DNA of 64,000 nt, from the NCBI RefSeq assembly GCF_032191835.1, contig NC_083231.1:97030001-97094000 (forward strand), given 5' to 3'. Shown piece after piece: positions 26,289 through 38,318 of the stretch (position 1 is its first letter; each line of letters starts with the position of its first letter). A program made the translations under genes and the position numbers. The notes under the pieces were generated by a model that worked only from the letters and a program-made list of their open reading frames with translations, did not search any database and was not told where the DNA came from. This DNA is from Heteronotia binoei (Eukaryota).

Positions 26289-28413
26289 GAGACCACCAAG
26301 GAATACTCTGCAGAGGAAAGCCATGGCAAACCACATCTTGTTATTCACTTGCCCTGAAAACCCTACTGGGTCATATAAATCAGCTGCAGCCTGCTGATAC
26401 TTTATACACACACAGGTCCCAGATGGGAAATTCCAGGAGATTTGGGCGTGGTGACTGAGAGGGAAAAGTTTGGGGAGAGAAGGGAGCTCAGTGGGAAAGT
26501 GATAGCCATAGAGTCTGCCCACTGAAGCTACCATTTCCTTCAGTCTGGAGATCAGTTTCAGTTATGGGTAAACTCCAGGCTCTACTGTGAGGTTGTTAGT
26601 CCTAATCACAATATAGGTGGCAGACTCAAGAGCACTCATGAGTAGTCTAAATTTGGAGTCAGAGTGGAGGTCAAAGAAGTTGCAGTCTGACTGTGCCTTC
26701 CAAATACTTTGTGATAAACAACAAATAAACTCTTAACAGAGAATTTATGGGATCCATGGAAAGAGAACTCACTTTTACTATTATACAACTTCTGGGAAAG
26801 GTACAGTCTGAAACAACTTTATTGGTGTTTTATAGCCACCCATTAAAATGAAGAGTAGTCTATAATTTCAAAATCCCAAGGGCTTTACAAACACATGGAG
26901 AAAGACCTGTAGGCACCTGAGGGGAACACTCCATGTCACTATGGTATATTGTGTGCTCCCAAATCTACATTTGCTTATAGAGGTTTTTTAAAAAGTGGGG
27001 ATGGGTGTGTGTGTGTGTGTGTGTGAGATGGCTCTTATTGGGGAAAATGCGTGGGTGGGACGATTATTATCACACCTGTCAATTCAACCTTGAAATTCAT
27101 TCCTGCCCTTTCTACCCCAGTAGAACTTATTTGTGATCTCAAAACCTTTCAGGGGTAAAAACAAACAGGAGGAAAAAAGGAACTTGGAGGACATTTTTAA
27201 GAAGCACTCAGGGTGGGAGAAAAGATTAAGCATCCCTTTCCAGCTGCAGACCAGTCCCTGTTAATGTCCTTCATTCTCCATGTGTCAGAAGTCCAACAGA
27301 AGGTTGAGAACATCATCTTTACAATGTAATGGGCAGTTCTGCCATCGCTGCACACAGAGACCAATAGAACATTCCTAGCTCTGCTACCTGATATCCTCCA
27401 CAGAACATGCCAGTGGTTGAATCTGAAATTTAAGGTTGCCAACCTCCAAGTGATGCCTGGAGATCTCTTGGTATTACAATTCAACTCCAGATTACAGTTC
27501 CCTTGGAGAAAATGGCTGCTTTGGATGAAGGACCCTATGGCATTATGTCCCACTGAGGTCCCTAACCTCCCTAAACCCAACTCTTCCAGCTCCCCAAATC
27601 TCCGTTAAACAAAGAAAACTCCAAGCAGTTAAAGGCAGCAATCAATCCTTAATTTTTCAAAACAAAGTATTTCCTGTGATTTCATTCAGGAAACACATTA
27701 ACTTGGAAACAGAGGCAAACAAAACAAGATGAAAATTATTTCAACATAGAGATCGTATCGGGGCAATTAATGATGAAGAAAACCTGCCAGATGCATCATG
27801 AAGCTCTAATCTAACATTTTTCAAAGGCAATCAGATACATGGGTTTTTCTGAGCATTTTCCTTATGGAATGTTGCATCTAAAAAAACAAAAAACCAAACT
27901 CCTTTTGGAAAACAGCTACCCCACATCTTATTAAATGACACTGACCAAAGTCAACTAATTTTCAGTGAAGTGTGCACATAGCCCTACAGACTTTTCGCAC
28001 ATTTCTAGTGAAGGATGTTTCCTCAAGCTAGCACGTCTCAAAAACCATAGACATTCTACTATGGGGCAAGTACAGTTAAGCCACATAAAATTTTATCTAT
28101 TGAGTGTGAACTGGCAGGAGAGATTTTGGGGTAGATATTTCATGAACTTGTACTGAAAAAGCCCAGAAAAATAAAGCTAACATAAATGTGTGCTGCCATG
28201 TTGGTCTTTAGAATTTTTAAAAATCAGAGTATTGACAAGGAAACAGTTTACAGACTTGTCATTTGCCCACACCCACCTTTGGCCCCAATTCGCTACCCTT
28301 GAGAAAGAGTGGGAGAAAAACTGAAGAGCAGGGGAAAAGATATCCAGAAAATGGCCTCCTTAATAATACCCTAGGAATTTCCTCATGTAAAAATCATAGA
28401 GATTAGTGGAAAT

Positions 28414-29033
28414 CAGAGGCGTCACTAGGGTGGGTTGCACCCTGGGGCCAAGTGCATGGGTTGCACCCTGGGGCCAAGTGCGCCGGAGGGAAGCGACCTG
28501 AAGAAAGAGCTCGGCCGAATGGCGCTCTTTAAACTCTGCTTGCCTTAAAAGTGAAATCCGGGCTGTTTGTACCTTCTGGGCTCTGATGTCACCGCCTCCC
28601 TCCTTCCCCTGCCACCTCTCCCCGCCTCTGCACATTTGTCCTGCTTCATAAGCCGGCCCTCGGCTGCCCGCCCCGCACGCCACCTCACGGGGAACCACAT
28701 TCTCTCCGAGCGGCGGCCGCCACAGCACCGCCTCACCTCAGGTGCCTCTCGGCACGAGCCCCCCAAACCCGAGGAGGGCTCTTCTCAGAGACTTTCGCCT
28801 GCCTGCGGAGAGCTGCACTTTCCTCTTCCCTCCCGGCCTTCTCTCGCTTCTCCCAACCTTGTCCGCGGTCGCCACTGCCTTGAAAGAGCCTCCCCGCGTC
28901 TCCTGCCAATAAAGACCGTTTTCCTCCGCTGTGATTGCTTGCCGCCTGCTGCCTTCAAAGAGCCCTAGGGGGGGCAATGAAAATGCTCTGGGGGAGGGCC
29001 AATGGCCCCCTTGGCCCCGTAGTGACGCCGCTG
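28414..29033. mobile_element. 620-bp CpG-rich non-autonomous hAT element
   Basis: TIR CAGAGGCGTCACTA / TAGTGACGCCGCTG; perfect TSD GTGGAAAT; inserted in an older MITE. Confidence 0.85.
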
Positions 29034-29639
29034 GTGGAAATTTCATAGAGATTAGTGGAAATTTCTAGAGTGCCGCCTGGAACATGCCACATTCTCCCCA
29101 AACTGGCAATTCCTGAGAGACCATGGTGGTGGGTTTACTGAAATGGCATCCATTGCCACCGCAACATCCCTTCAGTCTGAATAACTGAAAGTGACATCAC
29201 CACACTGTGGGATGCCCTACAATTCACCCGAAGTTCTAGGTAAAACTCTATAAGACCATATAGTTTTGGGTAAATCCCAGAGCATTTGTGAACACAATGA
29301 TGCTGATGCTGTCAGCTATGCAGCTGGAAGTGTCACCGTGGCATTTTACCCCTCCCATTTCTCTCCCACTGTGCAACTAAGTGCCAGCAAGGGAAGTGCA
29401 GTACCAGTGGGAGATCTCCTCCAGGCACCATCCTGAAAAATCTTCCAGCATTAGTGAGGTGGTGCTGACAACTTTAATAACTTAGGACCAACCAAACTGT
29501 TACAATACAGTCAGCAAGCTTTCTAAGAAATGTTCTTCAGACTATGTTAAAAACAGCAACAAGGATTGGGAGAAAGGGTGTTTGGGGACATAGTAGAAAA
29601 GCCTGCTATAGAAGCTATATTCTGTACTTTCAGAAGTAT

Positions 29640-29835
29640 TGTGGTGGTGGAAAGCGCCAACAAGTCACAGAAATCTCTTGGGGTTTTCAAGGCAAGAGAT
29701 TTTCAGTGGTTTGCCATTCCCTGCCTCTGTATCATGAGTCTGGTATTCCTTGGAGGTCTCCCATCCACATATTAGCCAGGGGCTTAGTTTCTGAGATCTG
29801 ATGAGATCAGGCAAGCCTCGGCTATACAGGTCAGG
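29640..29835 (-). mobile_element. 5S-derived SINE
   Basis: GGTCTCCCATCC and GATCTGATGAGATCAGG (5S, reverse) plus (GGT)n tail; related copies at about 6500-6615, 25990-26390 (split), 43590-44100 (split) and 57570-58030 (split). Confidence 0.75.
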
Positions 29836-30399
29836 TTTCAAAAGTATAGAAGATGTAATTTCAGAATTAAAACATGATGATGACGCTGTTGGCTATGACT
29901 CATGATATGATATATGGGATGGGATCATGATATGTTTGTGGGTAGTGGACTATATTACAAGTTTGTTACTGGGCTCAAATATATGATGCTTGGTCCCTGG
30001 AGGCCTGAATGTCTGACAGTTGCAATCTTTTCTTCTGTTTTGCTTTCCAGTCTTTTGCTTCCTCCTCTGTTCCTTGCCAACATACATTCTCCTTAACTGA
30101 CCCTTATTATTGGATTGCCTTCCATTCAGCTCATCCATCATCACCTTCAAGGTACATTTAAGGATTCATCCCTCTACTCCAGCTTTTCTCATATAATTTG
30201 TTACCTCTGTCCCTTCCTTTCCCATCCACTTTCCTTGTGAGTCATCTCTGTTCTCAGAGTCAATGCCTGTAGGCAAGGATTGTACCATTTTGTCTCCACA
30301 AGGCTCCTTTTCTAGTTTTAAGTGCTTATGTAATCACAGTGGACACAAACACAAATACATAGACACATACACAAATGCAAAGCCTGTGTTTCGTCACTA

Positions 30400-30753
<354 letters not shown>

Positions 30754-31129
30754 CTACAAGAGAAAAGAAAGACACAAAGAAGAAAATTTAATTGTCTGAG
30801 CAATAGGAAAATATCATGAAAGTCACTTGACTTACAGAATTTGAACCTATCTTGGACAAAAAACAGTTGCCAATCAAGACCCATTAAGTATGACTGGTGG
30901 ATATTAACTATAATAAAAAAAGCAATTCTGTTAAGTGAAAGAGGAAAATGGATACCTATATTTTGATAATTATTGTGGTGCATGACTAGATTTAAGAATT
31001 ATATTTCTGAAATTTTCTTAGCATGTAAAATCAGGGAGAACATTTCAAATATAGGTTGTTGGTGGATGAAATCAGTTGTCCATTTATCTTCTTTATTCCA
31101 TTAACACTATTAGCTATCCAATGAGTTCA

Positions 31130-31416
31130 GTTCAGTTTGGTGTAGTGGTTAAGTGTGCGGACTCTTATTTGGGAGAACCGAGTTAGATTCCCCACTCCTC
31201 CACTTGCATCTGCTGGCATGGTCTTGGGTCAGCCATAGCTCTGGCTGAGGTTGTCCTTGAAAGGGCGGCTGCTGTGAGAGTTCTCTCAGCCCCACCCACC
31301 TCATAGGGTGTCTGTTGTTGGGGAGGAAGATAAAGGAGATTGTGAGCCACTCTGAAACTCTGAGATTTGGAGTGGAGGGCAGGATATAAATCCAATATCA
31401 TCTTCTTCATCATCAC
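31130..31416 (+). mobile_element. Squam3-type SINE
   Basis: Same head, body and tail as 18166-18452. Confidence 0.88.
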
Positions 31417-31469
31417 TGATGCAGTACAAAGGCCTAGTGGGTACTCATTTTGTGAGGGGTGTTGTTATC

Positions 31470-31960
31470 CAATTATTTTACCTGACTAATCATATGTTTT
31501 GCAAAAAAAAAACTGGAAAGAAATACATGGAAAAATGCAGAACACATTAAAATTTAAATTGCCTATGGAAACTAAGAAAATGTTATTGGGTATACTGCCT
31601 AATAAATTATGAAAAATTCTGGAAGAGACATTCAAATATATGGTGATAACTGCTAGAATTATCTATGCAGCAAAATGGAAACTAGATGTCTGCCTAGAAG
31701 AATGGGAAAATAAATTTGCCAAATATGCAGTAATGACAAAATTAACAATTTATCAGACAAATAGATCAATTACAAACTCTGAGGAGAGATGGAGTGTGTA
31801 TTATGCAAGCAGGAGACAAATCTAGAATGAGAAGTAGTTCAAAAAACTGTACACAAATGTATTGAAATGCAGAAGTAGAATAAGAATAAGTTTTAAATGC
31901 AACATCTTGAATATCTGTTCTACTGAAATGTTTTTCTTTTCTCAACTTGTATTAGAAGAA
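31470..31960 (+). mobile_element. L1/Tx1-like ORF2 C-terminal relic
   Basis: WKEIH...MLLGILP...FKYMVITARIIYAAKWK...EEWENK...KLT. Confidence 0.6.
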
Positions 31961-32027
31961 TACTTTGCTGACTTTGTGGACAAAAAACTACATGTTTTTG
32001 AACTATTGTAAATTATGTATTAGTTGA

Positions 32028-32236
32028 GGGACAGTGGCTCAGTGGTAGAGCATCTGCTTGGTAAGCAGAAGGTCCCAGGTTCAATCCCCGGCATCTCCAA
32101 CTAAAAAGGGTCCAGGCAAATAGGCATGAAAAACCTCAGCTTGAGACCCTGGAGAGCCGCTGCCAGTCTGAGTAGACAATACTGACTTCGATGGACTGAG
32201 GGTCTGATTCAGTATAAGGCAGCTTCATAAGTTCAT
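32028..32236 (+). mobile_element. Squam2/Anolis-SINE2-like tRNA-derived SINE, full length
   Basis: Box A TGGCTCAGTGG, box B GGTTCAATCCC, CR1-like tail GGTCTGATTCAGTATAAGGCAGCTTCATAAGTTCATA; tail-only copy at 10099-10203, degraded copies near 1525-1630 and 34950-35075. Confidence 0.85.
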
Positions 32237-33189
32237 ATTATAATAAAAAATGAGAATGAGAAAAAAATGTGTAAAGAAGTGAATCCTGAGCAGAAATATC
32301 CTCTACCTTCTTATTATGAGATATATAGCAGATTTTCTTTCTGTACTCTAATATATTACTTATTGTTAAAAGCTACAGTGAGTAGGTAGAGATGGCAAAA
32401 TATATATTACCAAACATGCAGTAAAGATGAAATCAATAATGTAGATGTAAAATGAATTAGTTATGGAATTTGAAATCCAAAATGCTGAATATAAATATAC
32501 ACCAACAGATTTTTTATTGTATTTTATAGATAATGTTTTAAAAGTTATAATGAATGGGGTATTGGGGGGAAATGCTTTTTGTTTCATGCATCTTATACTA
32601 CATAATTATTTTTCATATATAGAATTGTGATATGCAACCCCTTTTTCATTTCTGTATCCCTTTCACATTTTTACTTGTTTTCTAATATATATATACCTTT
32701 TAAAAACTCCATCCTAATGACTTCATGTGAGTGCCTTTTCAGGGGAATAAAAGGAAATATGACATACAGAAGCTACCACTAGTGGGTAGAAGAAAACACT
32801 ATTAACTGTTATAACACACTTGAATCAAATAGCCTCCAAAATAAAGAACTGTATCATCAATTCTTAGCCATCTCTATCAATTAATACTGGGGCCACTGAA
32901 TCAGTCAAAGGCACAATACTACCAAGGTGTTTTTAAATCACATTGATTTGGGAAGAAGATCTTTGTGTCTAGTCTACTGTTTCAACAGCAGTTCATTGTA
33001 ATCCAGTGCTATTCTGCATGTTCTGGATATTTGGCTGTGACGTACATGCCATGTCCAAATTTCCAAAAATACTAAACCTTTGCTCTTTTTCTTAAAGCCA
33101 AACATAGCCTTCTTTAAATTCACTTTAAAATGGCCTCACACCAGCTACTTAAGAGCTAATTGGGTTCAGGATTCTGACCTGATATCATT

Positions 33190-33700
33190 ACGCTCTCTAT
33201 CAGCTGATCTTTGCTTTAGGCTTATTCCGCCCTCCTCTCCCAAGTATTTCATGCTTACTGGTCTCTGAAAAAAAACTCTGATGCAAGCATTTTTTGGGGA
33301 AAAAAGATAAATGCTGTAGCTGTGACAGTTCACAAGAGACTTTGGGCCATTTGATTTGGAAAGGCCCCATTATTGAGTCCATTTGGAAAGATGTCATTGA
33401 CAGAATTAATGTAGTCTTGCCCTTAAAGCTAGAACTCTCCTCTAATCACCTCATTCTGGGTTATGTCCCTGCAATCTGGAAACACCCCAAACCTGTCATA
33501 TCACCAGAGTGTCTCTTGCAGCAAAGTGTATTATTTTACAGTTCTGGAAATCATGTTCTGTACTCATAACTGAAAATTGGGTTGAAGACCTTTTAGATCT
33601 TTCCATTAAAGAAAGAATCATGCACTACAGGAAAGATAAATCAGAGAAAGTTAATGCAATTTAGCAATCTTTTCTACAACTGTTCTCTAATTGAATGTTA
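33190..33700 (+). mobile_element. L1/Tx1-like ORF2 cysteine-rich C-terminal relic
   Basis: KCCSCDSSQETLGHLIWKGPIIESIWKDVIDRIN resembles the CxxC-x7-H-x4-C-P...FW motif. Confidence 0.6.
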
Positions 33701-34485
33701 TTCTTTTGCTGGAGTCTCACCAATGCATTAAAAAAGCCTTTTCCTCCCTTTAATATGTTTTCATTATTTTAAAATATTAGGTTTTTTTTCCCAATTGGAT
33801 TGTATTCTGCTAGAAAATATTGACTGAGAAATGGAATTGTGTGTATTCAGCAAAGGTAGGGATTGATAAATGAAGAGATGGCAAAACCTTAAGTCTTCTT
33901 TCCTGCTATTGGTACTTTTTTAACATTCCACAATGCTTAACAACAAAAATGTTGTTTAACTGTGAATGGAGCCAATACTCCCTCTGTGGAGTCTTGTGAG
34001 CAAAAATTCTGCTCTGCAAGCTACTGGCATTAAAGTTGTAAGCAAGCGATCTGTCTGCTGCATCAGTTAGTTTGCTCTGGGGCCATTTTTCCTGAGTAAA
34101 GACAAAAATGTGTGAGCCAGAGATGAAAAACCTGTGAGCAAGCTCACACTAACTCAGCTTAGAAGGATCATTGGGGGTATGTCCTTTAGATTTATTTTAT
34201 TAATTTATCATTTTCTGATGGAGGTAAAGTTTATATGTCATCCTGTAGTTCAACGTATGCTATCAAGATAGCTCACAGTACACATGTGCCATCACAACAA
34301 AGAACTTATGGCGACCCCAGCAAGAGGTTTTCAAGGCAGGTGAAAAGCAGAGGTGCTTTGCCATTGCCTTCCTCTGCAGAGTCTTCCTTGATGGGCTCCC
34401 ACCTCGTTTAGCTTCTGAGTCCCTCCACCGCTGTGGCGGGGGACTTGTTCCTCGCACACGCTTTGCCAGGGACATTGCGCTAGGG

Positions 34486-34697
34486 ATGCTCTAGGACTTG
34501 TGATAAAACTCTACGGTACTCTAGGAATTTATTGCAATTCCTAGAGTGTCACACTGGAAATGCTCTAGGATTCGCAGTAAACTCTATGGTACTATTGAGT
34601 TTTTAGCACAAGTTCTAGAGCATCACACCACAAATGCTCTAGGATTGGCAATAAAACTTTATGTACCACAGAGTTTTTAGCACGAGTCCTAGAGCAT
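34486..34697. repeat. Three palindromic 64-bp cassettes at 74-bp period inside a MITE
   Basis: ATGCTCTAGGA...TCCTAGAGCAT units start at 34486, 34560 and 34634. Confidence 0.7.
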
Positions 34698-35957
34698 CCC
34701 TGATGCAATAACATCACTTCTGGGTGACATCATTGCACTGGGGATGGTGCACACTGATGGGACTCTTTGGGGGTGGGGATCCCCCCAGCGGCCTGCTTCC
34801 TGCTGGCAGGTTGGAACCCTCCAGGGCAAGAGATCCCCCACCCCCAATAGGAAGTTGGCAGCTCTACGGTTGCATCATGCCACCTTCCCTCCTGGCTCAT
34901 TGTAATGACAGCATAATACATACCTTTTAAAAAAGAACTCTGAGGGCTAGAGAATCTGTTTGGCCTGTAGAAGGCACCAGGCTCAATCTCCATTATCTAC
35001 TTGAAATCTTAGAGACCCACTTCCAGACTCAGTAGACAATACTGACCTTGATGGACTAATCATCTGACTCAATGCTTTTGCATATGCAACAGATTAGGGA
35101 CTAAAATGATTCTTCATTCATCACTCTGCCTCCTGTACATGCACATCTATCTTACTTGGAAGAATCACATCTCCTACCTGAAATGAATGAACACCTAGAA
35201 CACTGAACACAAAGTTATGGCAAAAGAGCAAATCTATTTGATTGGTTTTTATTTGTACTGTGGATATTGAGGCTGCAAAGTAATTTCAGAATAATGAACT
35301 TCTTCCTTTGCTGGCAGATGTTTAATAGCACTTGAAAATGAAACTGCTGTACCATATGGTTACCTGTCCCATACATATCAACCACCTTGTCTTTGTTCCT
35401 TCAAGATCCATTTAAGATATGAAGAAGACTATTAATATCCCTTCATCTAGCCCGCATATTGCTCAGTGTGTCTCCAGAGACAGCAGTCACAACTTCAGTA
35501 GGTGTTATTTTAACTTTCTTTTCACATGTGCAATTATAATTTCAGTTAAAAAAACCCTCCAAAGACAGTCACGCTAATGATTAAAAAAAGAAATTTAAAT
35601 ACCAAGTAAGTGACTGTCCTTTTTTTAAAAAACCCTATAAAATGGAAATTTAAATACATGAGGCCTTGAATCATTTGAAATAATGAGCTTTGTCTGTAAT
35701 TAAAACTGTGCAAGGTTCTTTATCAGAAGATGAAGGGAGGGGTGAGGGTTGTGCAAAGTACAAGGAGGATGTGTGAACTACAGAACTGCTCAATCAGTGT
35801 ATCAGCCCCTGGGGATATCCTTTCACTTCTGTCTAATGAAGGTGATGCCTCCTCATCATCTGAAAAAAGGGGATGCAGCTCACACCTGAAGTGGCACAGG
35901 ATAATGGAGATATATATATATTTTAAAAGAGATTCTGCCTTGGCTTTGATTCAGGGC

Positions 35958-36207
35958 CTGCTCACGACCTGAGTTCGATCCCGGTGAAAATTGGGTTTAG
36001 GTAGCCGGCTTGAGGTTGACTCAGCCTTCCATCCTTCCAAGGTCGGTCAAATGAGTACCCAGCTTGCTGGGGGGAAAGTGTAGATGACTGGGGAAGGCAA
36101 TGGCAAACCACCCTGTAAAAAGTCTGCCGTGAAAACATTGTGAAAACAACATCACGCCAGAGTTGGAAACAACTGGAGCTTGCACAGGGGACTACCTTTA
36201 CCTTTTT
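35958..36207 (+). mobile_element. Sauria SINE (Squam1), 5'-truncated
   Basis: GCTCACGACCTGAGTTCGATCCC...GGTTGACTCAGCCTTCCATCC...GGCAATGGCAAACCAC...CTACCTTTACCTTTTT. Confidence 0.85.
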
Positions 36208-37359
36208 AGCTGAAAACTGCTTTCCCTTTTCTAGCCTCAGGTGTCTTTCCTGGATTCCAGGTTACAAGCAGGAACCAATATCCTCCCTCATGGACAGGGT
36301 TGTCAGCTCTGGGTTGAGAAATACCTGGAGATGTTGGGTGGTGGAACCTGAGGAAGGTGGGGCTTCAATGGAATATAGCACCATAAGGCCCACCTTCCAA
36401 AGTAGCCATTTTCTCCAGGTGAACTGATCTCTGTTACCTGGAAATCAGTTTTAGTAGCAGAAGATTTCCAGCCACCACCTGGAGGTTGGCAACCCTATAA
36501 TAAAATTCATGACAAGGCTAGAGACTAGACCATAGGATTTTATGTGGGGGCACTTTGCCTCTGGAATAATCTCTCCTTTGAGGCTTACCTAGCACCAATT
36601 TACTTTCTTCTAGGTGCCAGGTCAAAACACGTTCCCTGCCCCCCACCCCTCAACCCAGGCTTTTAATTAGAGGTTTAATCTGTCCAGGTTTTAAAGTGGT
36701 CTGCTTTTGTACTATGGATAGTTTTTATGCTGTTTATGCCCAACGGCTTGATTTTAAGGGCTTCTTCTTTTTAGTGTTATGTTGTTTTAATTGTAAGCCT
36801 CCTCAGGTCCCTGAAGAGGTAGCATAGAAATACCCAAATAAATAAATAAATATTCCCCATAGTGACAGCTTCGTTTATAAAAGCTAGGCCTTCTGAAGGT
36901 GGCATCTGCCTCTGACTGACAGAAACCAAGGTTTCAATTGGCCACACTGTTTAGGTTGCCTAGCCACAGTTACTGAAGTTATTCAAGCCCATGAGCTCTG
37001 CTTTTGTTATTTTATGTATTTTTTTAACCTCACCATTTAAAAAAAAAGGATTTCTGCAAACCTGAGGCTTTTCTCAGGTTTGTAGGCAGATCTGTCTTGT
37101 CTGTTCATGGCTACAGTCTCCAGATTTAAGTATCCACATATATGACCGTGATGAGAATTAGATATTGATGATTAAAACACAACATACATAGACCCATAAA
37201 CAGGAAGTAGGTAGATATGTCCATATTTGTGAGTTAGATTAGGCAAAGAGAAAATGGTTGACTCAAAGCTTCCATAGGAGTGTGTGAGTTGTAATTTTGG
37301 TCTCCCAGATCGTAGGGTGACATTCCAACCACTATACCGTGCTGCTAAAGAAATCTCCA

Positions 37360-37510
37360 CCAACACAGCTACTGCAAAGTCACAAAGCTGTGCATGCTCT
37401 GGTTAAGTGTAAATTAGATCACTGCAATGTGCTCTGCATAGGTCCACCCTTGAGAAGTGTTCAGAAACTTCAACTGGTACAGAATACTGCAGCCAGAATA
37501 TTGATTAGAG
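37360..37510 (+). mobile_element. L2 LINE ORF2 fragment
   Basis: HALVKCKLDHCNVLCIGPPLRSVQKLQLVQNTAARIL. Confidence 0.8.
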
Positions 37511-37579
37511 TAGATCTACACTTGATCTCAACCAAATGACCAAGAAGTGTATCTTAGATTCCTTGAGATCTCCAAATAT

Positions 37580-37770
37580 AGGATTTTTTTTTATCCTGGC
37601 ACACTTCAATGCTCTACCTTCAGCCCTTCTGGAAGGCAGATACCATCATGTCCAGCTCCCTCAACAGCTTTGCCTATGACATACAGAGAAAGCAGAGCCT
37701 ATTGAACATGTTCTGCTGCATTGTCCATTCTATAATGACATCTGACATTAGTATCAACATACCTGAAAGA
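37580..37770 (+). mobile_element. RTE-X-like C-terminal fragment inserted in an L2 relic
   Basis: FNALPSALLEGRY...EPIEHVLLHCPFYNDI parallels 9700-9840. Confidence 0.65.
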
Positions 37771-37799
37771 TCACCTTCTGAACCTGCTCAACCACTATT

Positions 37800-38080
37800 G
37801 TCATCTTTGGAGACAATGCTTTTGACACCTCCACCTTCTGAGATTTGGCAGGTGGCAATCCAGGAGAGGGCCTTCTTGGTCATGGCACCAAAATGCTGAA
37901 ACTCCCTCCCCAAGGAGATTCATCTGTTCCCTTCTGTTGCCATCTTCTGCCACTGAGTCAAGACCTTTTTTGGTGTTGTTTCATTTGGTTTCCCTCAGTG
38001 TTCCCTGCTTCCAAACCAATGTTTTAATTGCTGTTTTATCTTTTTGTATGTATTTTAATTTGTTTCAGTGAAATGTGTTT
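37800..38080 (+). mobile_element. L2 LINE 3' fragment (continuation of 37360-37510)
   Basis: PPPSEIWQVAIQERAFLVMAPK followed by remnants of the WNSLP motif and a T-rich 3' UTR. Confidence 0.7.
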
Positions 38081-38085
38081 ACAAG

Positions 38086-38318
38086 TTGCTGGAATGGTCT
38101 TGGGTCAACCATGACTCTCACAGGAGTTGTCCTTGAAAGGGCAGCTTCTGTAAGAGCTCTCTCAGTCCCATTTACCTCACAGGGTGTCTCTTGTGTGGAG
38201 GGAAGGTAAAGGAGATTGTGACCACTCTGAGACTTTGAGATTCAGAGAATAGGGCAGGATATAAATCCAATATCATCATCATCACCACCATCACCCTCAT
38301 CATCATCATCTTCTTCTT
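38086..38318 (+). mobile_element. 5'-truncated Squam3-type SINE with (CAT)n/(CTT)n tail
   Basis: Body and tail match the other copies. Confidence 0.85.

Noticed and set aside
29930-29962. Editing-complementary sequence for the Q/R-equivalent site at the exon end (as in GRIA2)
   Set aside because: Only patchy matches (GTTTGTG, TGGA, ACAAG) with gaps, compatible with chance; GRID2 is not known to be edited here.
32028-32100. tRNA gene
   Set aside because: A and B boxes are present, but the sequence continues into a SINE body and CR1-like tail shared with other copies.
34486-34697. CRISPR array
   Set aside because: Vertebrate DNA, only three diverged units, short similar linkers, no cas genes, and located inside a MITE.
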